Part shown: positions 9,791 to 17,761 of the stretch, in pieces
How the letters are laid out: each line of letters starts with the position of its first letter
Position numbering within the stretch: the stretch's first letter is position 1
NCBI GenBank assembly: GCA_963674755.2
Contig: CAXXVS010000003.1
Coordinates: forward strand, 896,001 to 960,000
Direction: 5' to 3'
Length of the DNA stretch: 64,000 nucleotides
DNA from: Desulfobacterales bacterium
GTDB taxonomy: Bacteria > Desulfobacterota > Desulfobacteria > Desulfobacterales > UBA5852
Program-made: the position numbers and the translations under genes
The notes under the pieces: model-generated
What the model saw: only the letters and a program-made list of their open reading frames with translations
What the model was told of the DNA's origin: nothing
Databases searched by the model: none

Positions 9791-12061
9791 TTAATCCGGC
9801 AGCCGGAAGGGAACCGTGGCCCGGTTGTTGTTGCGGTCCGGGTCGAGCAGGGTCTGATCCGGGTCGGCAATCACCATGAGCCGGTAGGCGCGGTCGGTTC
9901 TGTCGGGATTCACGTCGAAATGCCCCTCGATGTTCCGCGTTGTCCAGGCGCCCCCGGAAACATGTTCCACCGTAAAGCTGCCGCTCTCGATGGTATGGAA
10001 GTCGCTGGCGCCGTCATCGCGGTATTGCATCTCCCAACGGCAGGGGACAGCGGCTAAGGTGCCGGCCGGCCCTCCTGCGTCGGTTACCGCAAGATTGGTC
10101 AGGCTGACCTCCTGGTTGAAAGTGCAGTGCCAGACCGGTGCCGCCCAGGCGGAATGGCTGCCGCGGGTCAGACTGAAGTCCGAAGGATAGATGGCGATGC
10201 GCAGATCGTTGTCGGTGGCGCCTAAAACGCGCAGCTCGGCATTGAAGGTATTGTTGGCCGCGTCGCTATCGATGCTGGCGCCGAAAGGTTGAAGCCGGAA
10301 TTCCAGCGGAAGGTGCCGGCCGTGACGCATGGCGGGGATCTCGTCGCGGGGGAAGGAAAACGGCACCCGGACCAGGAGGATACCGTCGGTCGCAGGCCTG
10401 TCCCGGTAGGTAAACGAGGCCCCCTCGGCCGGATGGGTGATATTATCGCCGGTGCGGGCGCTCAGCACCGTCAGGCGATTGTCCCAGGTCGTTCCCGGCG
10501 GCAGGTTGGGCGGGACCGGGATGCCGTTCCAGCGGACGCGGACCTCGAAGGTTCCCGTAACGGTGGCGCTTTCCCGCACGTCAATACCGGTGGCCAAACT
10601 GCCGACCCCCTCGAGGGTAACCGATTCGATGCCATAGTCGCAGCCATCGATGCGAAAGGTGCCGCTTTCGCCGAAGCAGCCGTCCCCGGCCTCGACGCGG
10701 ACGCGATACCGTCCCGGTGTCATGTAGCGATCCGGCCGCCAGCGGATCGAGTTGTTCCCTTCGTCACAGTCGACGTTTGTTTGAATCCGGGTTCGCTCCC
10801 CGTCGGCCTGACGCACCGCATAGAGATTAACCCGGTTGGGACAGGTAAAAAGGCTCATGGCGTCCGGCATGGTCCAGGTGATGTCCGTTTCGAAATCCCG
10901 AATCACCGCAGGGGGGGTCAGGGCCCCCGTTCGCGGGGTCCGGACCTGGATGGCCGTGGGTTCGGGGGTTGCGCGCAGGGGCTTGGAGCCGGTGTCCAGA
11001 CCGACGGCAAAATTGTCGCTAACGCCATAGACCGTTTCTCGGGTGGCGATGATCAAATAGTTGCGGCCGCTTGCGAGCTCTCCCGGAAGGAGCCAGGTAA
11101 AGGTGACGAGCGTATCGTCCGGTTCCCCGGACGCCGGAGGCGCGTAAGGACGCGTGGTGCGGGCCACCACATAGGCACCGTCGACCAGCTCGAAGGTAAT
11201 GTCGCCGGCCGGGGCCGTCCGGGTAAAGCGGTATTGCACCCGCAAGGGTTCCCCCGGCAGGACATGGGTGGCTTCCGAGGGCCGCTCGATGCGGATGCCA
11301 CTGTCCGTAAGGGCCTTGGTGGGACCCGCGGCCGATCCGCCCGCCCGGTGGATCCGCATTGGACTGGCGGGCTGGGGCCGATCGACCGAAACGAGCTCAT
11401 TGGCCGGTGCCATGGGGGCCGTGGGCTGGCGTATACGGCCGGCGGCAGTGGTGCCGGCCACCGGCGTGGGCTGCCGCGGGCGTTTGGGCTTGTGGAGGGT
11501 TTGGCCCGCTGAAGCGGTTCCGCCAACCATAGGCGGGTTCGGGACCGTGACCAGCATGGCGTGGCGGGTCTGCCATTTTCCGGCATAGAGAATCGCCGTC
11601 ACCCGCCCTGTGTGCATTATGGTCAGACCGGTATCGAGATCGGCGGTGTTCGCGTGCACGCGGGTGGCCGTCTTTTGGATAAGATCGCTCAGGCGCAGGT
11701 CGGCCCTGAGATCCCCGCTGCCGGAAGACAGTTTGAGGCCCACGGCCTTTACGAGGGTGGCATTGATTTTACGGCTGTCGTTGTTCTGGATAACGACGCG
11801 CAGCCGTTGGGCCTCGGCATAGAGGCGCACAATGGACAAAGCCCTGTTCTCCCGGGTGGGCGGCGCTGGAGCGAGCACCGGTTTGCCGGTGCCGGACTGG
11901 GGCATGTCCGGTGGATTGGACGCCGGTGCCGTTTTGCTTGTTTCGCTGGAGGATCCGGCGGGGATGATCACGCTTTTCTGGGCGGCATGACCGGGGAAGG
12001 CGATGCCCCAAACGGCCAGAGCGATGACGATGAGTCGGAGAAAGGTCGCGTAGCGGAGCAT
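9791..12061 (-). CDS. Large secreted multidomain protein with Ig-like/CARDB-like modules
   Basis: Signal peptide ending AHA-like GHA; Pro-rich linkers; beta-rich modules (PGRYRVRVEA..GESGTFRI) and CARDB-like ends DSDAANNT and ADPDQTLLDPDRNNN; RBS aagga. Confidence 0.7.
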   Translation of the reverse strand: MLRYATFLRLIVIALAVWGIAFPGHAAQKSVIIPAGSSSETSKTAPASNPPDMPQSGTGKPVLAPAPPTRENRALSIVRLYAEAQRLRVVIQNNDSRKINATLVKAVGLKLSSGSGDLRADLRLSDLIQKTATRVHANTADLDTGLTIMHTGRVTAILYAGKWQTRHAMLVTVPNPPMVGGTASAGQTLHKPKRPRQPTPVAGTTAAGRIRQPTAPMAPANELVSVDRPQPASPMRIHRAGGSAAGPTKALTDSGIRIERPSEATHVLPGEPLRVQYRFTRTAPAGDITFELVDGAYVVARTTRPYAPPASGEPDDTLVTFTWLLPGELASGRNYLIIATRETVYGVSDNFAVGLDTGSKPLRATPEPTAIQVRTPRTGALTPPAVIRDFETDITWTMPDAMSLFTCPNRVNLYAVRQADGERTRIQTNVDCDEGNNSIRWRPDRYMTPGRYRVRVEAGDGCFGESGTFRIDGCDYGIESVTLEGVGSLATGIDVRESATVTGTFEVRVRWNGIPVPPNLPPGTTWDNRLTVLSARTGDNITHPAEGASFTYRDRPATDGILLVRVPFSFPRDEIPAMRHGRHLPLEFRLQPFGASIDSDAANNTFNAELRVLGATDNDLRIAIYPSDFSLTRGSHSAWAAPVWHCTFNQEVSLTNLAVTDAGGPAGTLAAVPCRWEMQYRDDGASDFHTIESGSFTVEHVSGGAWTTRNIEGHFDVNPDRTDRAYRLMVIADPDQTLLDPDRNNNRATVPFRLPD

Positions 12062-12199
12062 ACCAAAATTCCTTTTGATGAATTAAGACAATTGGGGTTG
12101 CTTTTCGGAAAAAAGCGCTGCTATTTTAAAACCTTGTAAAAGCAACCCGGACGACGAATAGTATTCGTTTGATTCCGAAATCGTCCTGTACTTGCTAAG

Positions 12200-12225
12200 G
12201 TGCCGGTCGAACCCGAAAAGGTTCA
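12200..12225 (-). promoter_or_regulatory. Candidate ECF-sigma promoter (TGAACC-N16-GCAC) for the 9791..12061 gene
   Basis: Minus strand TGAACC TTTTCGGGTTCGACCG GCAC; same layout at 12296 and 21232. Confidence 0.5.
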
Positions 12226-12295
12226 AACGGAAATGTCTTTTCCCCCCATAGGAGATAGGCGGCGAAAACGTTCTTTCATTTAATGCCCGTCGCAA

Positions 12296-12321
12296 TGAAC
12301 TTTTTCCCCACTGGAAGCTAC
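12296..12321 (+). promoter_or_regulatory. Candidate autoregulatory ECF promoter (TGAACT-N16-CTAC)
   Basis: TGAACT TTTTCCCCACTGGAAG CTAC directly before the sigma gene; only 2 nt from the annotated ATG, so the true start may be further downstream. Confidence 0.4.
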
Positions 12322-12323
12322 CC

Positions 12324-12884
12324 ATGAACAGAGCGACATCGGCCGATCCGGATCACCGCCTGCTGAAGCTTGTGGCGGAAGGCGACCGCAGCGCCTTTCG
12401 GGAATTGTATGATGCGACCTCGCGGCGTATCTACTTCTACCTTTACCGCCTTATGCAGGATGCCAGCCTGGCGGAAGATGTCCAGATGGACGTTTATGTC
12501 GAGGTGTGGAAAGGGGCCGGAAAATTCCGGGGCCAATCGAAAGTGACCACCTGGATGTTCGGCATCGCCCGCAACCTGGCCTTTAAAACCCTGCGCAAGC
12601 AGCGCAGTCATGCCAATATCGACGACTATGTGTCGTTAGAGGACCCCGATCAGCCCGATCTGGACGCCCCGGATCGGCAAAGAATTGTAAAGCAGGCCAT
12701 GACCATGATTTCCGCCAAACATCGCGAAGTACTCGACTTCGTCTTTTTTCACCAGATGCCCTATCAGGAGATCGCGTCGCTTCTCGATATTTCGGTGAAC
12801 ACCGTCAAGACCCGGGTGTACTACGCCAAGGCGGCACTGCTGAAAACGATGGACGAACTGGGGGTGACGAAAGATGATTTATGA
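12324..12884 (+). CDS. ECF-type RNA polymerase sigma factor
   Basis: Region 2 (AEDVQMDVYVEVW, FRGQSKVTTWMFGIARN) and region 4 (YQEIASLLDISVNTVKTRVYYA); 186 aa. Confidence 0.95.
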   Translation: MNRATSADPDHRLLKLVAEGDRSAFRELYDATSRRIYFYLYRLMQDASLAEDVQMDVYVEVWKGAGKFRGQSKVTTWMFGIARNLAFKTLRKQRSHANIDDYVSLEDPDQPDLDAPDRQRIVKQAMTMISAKHREVLDFVFFHQMPYQEIASLLDISVNTVKTRVYYAKAALLKTMDELGVTKDDL

Positions 12885-13530
12885 TGCCGAAGCCCTTAAG
12901 GAAATGATACCACTCTATCTGAATGGCCAGCTCAGCGACGAGGAGCAGAAAGCGTTCGCACAAGGCCTGAAGGACTCCCCCGAACTGGCGGCGGAGGTGG
13001 CGGAATATGAAGCTATACAAGCCAGCTACCCTGATCTGGAGGCGGAAACGCCTTTTCCGCCGCAGGATATCCTGTTCGGCAGAATTATGGATAAAATCGA
13101 CCGTGAGGAGACCTCTCCTGTCCGGGACCAGGCGGTCGCCCGGGAGGTCAAATCCGGCTGGCGCGAAAAACTGGCGGACTTTTTCTACACAACCTTTAGA
13201 TCTCCCAAAGTGGCCTGGTCGGTGGCGGTGGTTCAGGTCGTGGTGATGGTGGTGCTCCTGGCAGGCATGCCCCAACGCGGCACCTTCCAAACCCTGACCG
13301 CCCCCGGCCGCCTGCCCGATGGCCTGATTACCCTCAATGTCGTCTTCGACCCCGATACGCGCGAGAAGGATATGCGCGCGGTGCTGATCGACAACGGGGC
13401 CACGATCGTCGGCGGGCCTTCAGCCGACGGGCGCTATATCGTTGCCATTGCCGGCAATCGATCACGGCAAGCGGTCGCCGACGCAATGCTGCAATCCGGC
13501 GTTGTGGCTTTTGTCGGACAGCACTATTGA
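12874..13530 (+). CDS. Transmembrane anti-sigma factor (zf-HC2-like N-terminus lacking Zn ligands)
   Basis: IPLYLNGQLSDEE anti-sigma start, one TM helix (VAVVQVVVMVVLL), ~75-aa periplasmic domain; overlaps sigma gene. Confidence 0.85.
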   Translation: MIYDAEALKEMIPLYLNGQLSDEEQKAFAQGLKDSPELAAEVAEYEAIQASYPDLEAETPFPPQDILFGRIMDKIDREETSPVRDQAVAREVKSGWREKLADFFYTTFRSPKVAWSVAVVQVVVMVVLLAGMPQRGTFQTLTAPGRLPDGLITLNVVFDPDTREKDMRAVLIDNGATIVGGPSADGRYIVAIAGNRSRQAVADAMLQSGVVAFVGQHY

Positions 13531-15491
13531 GGCCGGCCGTGACAGCCTTCCGCAGGCCCATTGCCCTGGTGACGGCGATCGTGACCGTCATGATCTGGTG
13601 TGCCGCCGTTACCGGTGCCGCGGCCCAATCCGCGCTGGTTGTCAAACCGCTGCCCGGGGCGGTTCGCTCCGTTCCTGCCGATCGCAAGAGTGCTTCGCCC
13701 GTCCCGGCGGCCATCGCCCGCCCGGACAAGGAAAAAGGGGCCACGGCCGCCAATTGCCCCCCCTTGGTCATCAACTCCGCCAACCAACTGCCCGGCGGTA
13801 CTGTCCAGCAGCCCTATCTTTTTCGCATCACGACCAGTGGGGGTATGCCCCCGGTCACGTTTGCGCTGTTGAAACAACATCCTTTGCCTCCCGGCCTGAA
13901 CCTCGAAAGAAGCGGATTGCTAACGGGCACACCGCAGGAAGCGGGGGAATTCGTATTTGCCATTGCGGCCGTTGACGGATGCCCTCAAGGATCGCGGAGC
14001 ATCGAAAAACGGTTTGTCCTGACCATCAAAGCGGCGACACCATCGGTGATGATGCAAGAGGCGCCCCTACCACAAAAACCGGTCGAGGCCGTCAACGGCG
14101 CGGACAGTGTCATGATCACCAAGCTCAGCTTAGCCTTCGAAAACGGCCAGACCCGTATCGCAGTGTCCAGGGACCAGAAGATTCCGTCCGTGGTAGCCCG
14201 TTTTGAGCTGCAAGGCCGCGGCGTGATTTCCGGTTATTGGGTAACCCCCGGCAAGGCCCGTATTTTCTTTAAGCAAGCGGCCAGCGCACCCGAAGCCCGC
14301 CTCAGTCTGCCGGCGGGGACCGCGCTGCCGTCGGACCATGTCGGAATGCATGAGATTCGCATCGTCCTGACCGCCCCCAATAAAGAATTCCCCGGTGCCG
14401 TGGCCCGCTATGTGGTGCGCCCGGCCATGCCGCCCTCAGGGGACTATATCGAAGGGCAGCTCGTCGTGACGGTTCCCCTGCAAACCAAAGCCCGGATGGC
14501 GGCGGAACTGGGTGCCAAATTCGGGCTGCGGTTGCTGGAAAGCTATGCCCTGACCTCCCTGTCCCAGGCGATCCTGGTGTTCGAAACGCGCGGCGACGTC
14601 GTGGCGTTGGCCGGTCAAGTGGCCGGCGAAGCCGACGTCTTAATGGCCCAGCCCAACCAGATTTTTCGGACCCTGACGGAGCCCAGGAGCCCGCTGCAAA
14701 GTCTATCCCGGCAGTTGAATTTCCCGCAGCTTCATCGTGTGAGCCGTGGCCGGGGCGTCACCATCGCCATCATTGATACCGGGGTGGACATTCATCATGA
14801 GGACCTGCGGGCCAACATCCGGGACACCCGGAATTTCATACCGCAAGACCCCTACCGGGCGGAAATTCACGGCACGGCCGTGGCCGGCATTATCGCAGCG
14901 GCCCTCAACGATACCGGCATTGCCGGTCTTGCCCCGGAAGCCCGGATCATCGCGCTGCGGGCCTGCCGGCAGGTATCGGAGACCGACCCCCAGGGGCAGG
15001 GCCATTCCGTTTCCATCAGCCGGGCTATCGATGCGGCCCTGGAGAGCAAGGTGGACATCGTCAACATGAGCTTGGGCGCGGGCACTTGGGACCGGCTGAT
15101 CGCCGCCCTCATTGGCGCCGGGAGCCGCCAGGGGATCCTGTTCGTCGCACCGGTGGGCAATCGGGAGGACCGCTCCGCACCGGCGTTTCCGGCGTCTCTC
15201 GAAACCGTGATCGCCGTGGGGGGCATCAAGGAAAACGGGGAGGTCTTCCCGAACCGTGAGCTTGCCGCGGCCGCCTGGGTGTGTGCGCCCTGCGACCATC
15301 TCTTTACGACGGTTCCCGGCAACCGTTACAACTTTCTGGACGGCACTTCCATCAGCGCGGCCGTGGTTTCCGGCCTGTTGGCGCTGTCATTGGAAAAGCG
15401 TCCCGACCTGTCCAAAGAAGACATACCCGCCGGCTGCGGCGCCATTCGCCAGTGGACCGAGGCGCTGTTAGGGATATCCCTCGACGAATAG
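13527..15491 (+). CDS. Secreted multidomain S8 (subtilase) serine protease with putative Ig (He_PIG-like) domain
   Basis: Signal peptide; LPPGLNL..SGLLTGTP Ig repeat; triad IIDTG / HGTAVAG / GTSISA, oxyanion VGN; coupled to anti-sigma stop. Confidence 0.9.
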   Translation: MRPAVTAFRRPIALVTAIVTVMIWCAAVTGAAAQSALVVKPLPGAVRSVPADRKSASPVPAAIARPDKEKGATAANCPPLVINSANQLPGGTVQQPYLFRITTSGGMPPVTFALLKQHPLPPGLNLERSGLLTGTPQEAGEFVFAIAAVDGCPQGSRSIEKRFVLTIKAATPSVMMQEAPLPQKPVEAVNGADSVMITKLSLAFENGQTRIAVSRDQKIPSVVARFELQGRGVISGYWVTPGKARIFFKQAASAPEARLSLPAGTALPSDHVGMHEIRIVLTAPNKEFPGAVARYVVRPAMPPSGDYIEGQLVVTVPLQTKARMAAELGAKFGLRLLESYALTSLSQAILVFETRGDVVALAGQVAGEADVLMAQPNQIFRTLTEPRSPLQSLSRQLNFPQLHRVSRGRGVTIAIIDTGVDIHHEDLRANIRDTRNFIPQDPYRAEIHGTAVAGIIAAALNDTGIAGLAPEARIIALRACRQVSETDPQGQGHSVSISRAIDAALESKVDIVNMSLGAGTWDRLIAALIGAGSRQGILFVAPVGNREDRSAPAFPASLETVIAVGGIKENGEVFPNRELAAAAWVCAPCDHLFTTVPGNRYNFLDGTSISAAVVSGLLALSLEKRPDLSKEDIPAGCGAIRQWTEALLGISLDE

Positions 15492-15851
15492 CCATCACGG
15501 CCCCCTTCCTTCAAGACATCATCACCGGATGACGCGACAACCCGATCCGTCCTATCTTCTCGAAGTCAGCGCGATTGTGTCGTTTTAAGGCGGACGGGGG
15601 ATCAAAGCGGGCGTGGTTGCTTGAGGATGGGCCGCGCGCCAGCGTAAACGGATGCGTGTCTGCGAGCCGTCGAGCAAGGGCCCGCACCGGAGTGCGCCAT
15701 GCCAGCGCAGGTTTGGACTGTGGTATGGGACGGTGCTGGTCGAGGATACGGGGCGGCAAGGGGGAAGCCATCCGGCCTCCCCCAAGATATTCAAGGGTCA
15801 TTTTGGGCGACAGCCGCTGCCCTCGCACCAGCTGTCAAGAGAACTTGGCAT

Positions 15852-16961
15852 TTACTGCAGGCGGAACTCCCGACGATCGCTTTCGCCGACGAGGTTGTTT
15901 TCCTTGTCGAAGCCCTTCACCTGCCAGCCGTAGGTCTTCTCCGGTATGAAATAATGCCGCAGGGCCGGTTCGGGGAGGAGGTAATCTGCCTTGTCGGCCA
16001 CATAAGCCGAAAACACGGGGCGATCTTCGTCCTTCAGGAAGAATTCCACCAGATAAGTCGCCACCCCGGGGGCCGGGTTCCAGGTTACACGGAACGGTGC
16101 GTAGGCCTCGATCGCCGTCCGGCCGGGGGTGGCCAGGTTGATGGGGGCCAGCGATGGCGTCCTGTCCGTGGTGACGTAGTAGATGGCCTTGGGAAACGGG
16201 ATATCCTGATCGGGTTGCTGGATCATCAGACGGACGGTGTGGCTGCCCTCCCTGAAAGTCGGCAACCCGGGAGCGGGCGGTGTCCGCAGGGTCAATCGAT
16301 TCCCTGAATTCAGGTATTGGTTGATATAGGCCAGAATCCGCCCGTCCACCAGCCAGTAGGCCCGCAGAAAGCCGGTGCCGGTGTATTGGAGGTCCGCACG
16401 AACGGCAAGATCGGTCGTGTTGCGTTTGACGGTGATATTGCCGAGGTTGTTGTCGAAATACAGTCGAATACTGGTAATTTGCAGCGGGCCCCCGCCGGCG
16501 GTGGTAATCGCAATATCGAGCGTCGCAATTTGATCCGGTATCTCAACATCGAGCGACGGTATTTGGTTCTGTGCAATAAATACCCTTCGATACTGGAATC
16601 GGCTGATTCCAAGCCTTTCAGCGCGCTGTAGGATTGTTTCGGAGATAACCAATTGTTCAACCGCCGTACCGATCCATTCGGAGGCTGCATTGGGTCCGGT
16701 CACCCGCTCACGCAGATTGGGTATTAGGGCGCGTTGCACTCTTCCCAATTCTGTCCCTCCGCTGACGAAAATCCCTTCCTGTGAAACAAAGTTCGGCGGG
16801 ATAAAGCTCAAGACGTTGAAGTTGTACCGGACCGTGTGCACGGTTTGGGTGCCTCTGGCAATGGTGAGCAATGATGGACTGGTTGATACCGCTGCCGTGG
16901 CCAGGCTTGACCACAGGAGAAGAAGACATGCGCAACCTGCAAGTAAAAGTGATTTTTTCAT
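15852..16961 (-). CDS. Secreted hypothetical protein (unique N-domain + shared ~105-aa domain + FN3-like C-domain)
   Basis: Signal peptide MKKSLLL...ATA; C-terminal two domains clearly paralogous to 17002..17748. Confidence 0.75.
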   Translation of the reverse strand: MKKSLLLAGCACLLLLWSSLATAAVSTSPSLLTIARGTQTVHTVRYNFNVLSFIPPNFVSQEGIFVSGGTELGRVQRALIPNLRERVTGPNAASEWIGTAVEQLVISETILQRAERLGISRFQYRRVFIAQNQIPSLDVEIPDQIATLDIAITTAGGGPLQITSIRLYFDNNLGNITVKRNTTDLAVRADLQYTGTGFLRAYWLVDGRILAYINQYLNSGNRLTLRTPPAPGLPTFREGSHTVRLMIQQPDQDIPFPKAIYYVTTDRTPSLAPINLATPGRTAIEAYAPFRVTWNPAPGVATYLVEFFLKDEDRPVFSAYVADKADYLLPEPALRHYFIPEKTYGWQVKGFDKENNLVGESDRREFRLQ

Positions 16962-17001
16962 CGGTTTCGCCTTAAGTTTGGATGATAATAAACCCGCGGC
17001 C

Positions 17002-17748
17002 TTAATTCGCATCGATTTCCCGCATGCCGGACATGCGGAACTGGCGGGGAAAGCTTGCGGAAACCCGTTTATGGTCGGCGGAGAAGCCTTTCACCTGCCA
17101 AAAGTAGGTCCTTCCCGGGATGAACTTGTAGCGGGCCACGGCAACGGGCAGTTTATAGTGCAGGTCCTCCGTAAAAGCGGACATCACCGGCCGGTCGGGA
17201 TCGTCATCGATAAACTCGACCAGGTAGGTTTTTACGGCCGGGTTGCCTTCCCAGGCAAAGGCCTGCACGGCCGGATCGACGACGGCGGAATCCGGCGGAT
17301 CGGTCAACACGATGGGGAGCCCCAGGGATTTGACATCGGTGGTCACGAAATAGCCGATTATAGTGGGGTTGAAGCGTTGCGCAGGGGTATTGATGACCAG
17401 GGTGACGATATGCAGTCCTTCCGCAACAGTGGGCAGCCCGGGCGTTTCAGGCGATGCGAGGCGGATTGTGCCCGATCCGGTCACGTACTGGGTGATGTCG
17501 GCAAAAAACTTGTCATCCACCATCCAGCAGCCCTCAAACAGGCCCGAACCGGTGCAGTCGATGTCCGCAAAGGCTTGAAGTCCCTCCTGACGGCGGGCAA
17601 CCATGCGTTGGGTATCATGATCTTCGAAGCGCAAGACAATGCGGGTGATCTTCAGGTCCGAACCTGCTTTTTCAGCCGGCGCCGGAACAACGGCATACCA
17701 GCCCAGCAGAATCGAAACCGCAAGCGATATAACGAAGGTTGGTTTCAT
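17002..17748 (-). CDS. Secreted hypothetical protein (shared ~105-aa domain + FN3-like domain)
   Basis: Signal peptide; W...P.V.TYLVEF...DRPV.SA...FIP..TY.WQVKGF shared with the downstream paralogue. Confidence 0.75.
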   Translation of the reverse strand: MKPTFVISLAVSILLGWYAVVPAPAEKAGSDLKITRIVLRFEDHDTQRMVARRQEGLQAFADIDCTGSGLFEGCWMVDDKFFADITQYVTGSGTIRLASPETPGLPTVAEGLHIVTLVINTPAQRFNPTIIGYFVTTDVKSLGLPIVLTDPPDSAVVDPAVQAFAWEGNPAVKTYLVEFIDDDPDRPVMSAFTEDLHYKLPVAVARYKFIPGRTYFWQVKGFSADHKRVSASFPRQFRMSGMREIDAN

Positions 17749-17761
17749 CACGGTTTTCCAT

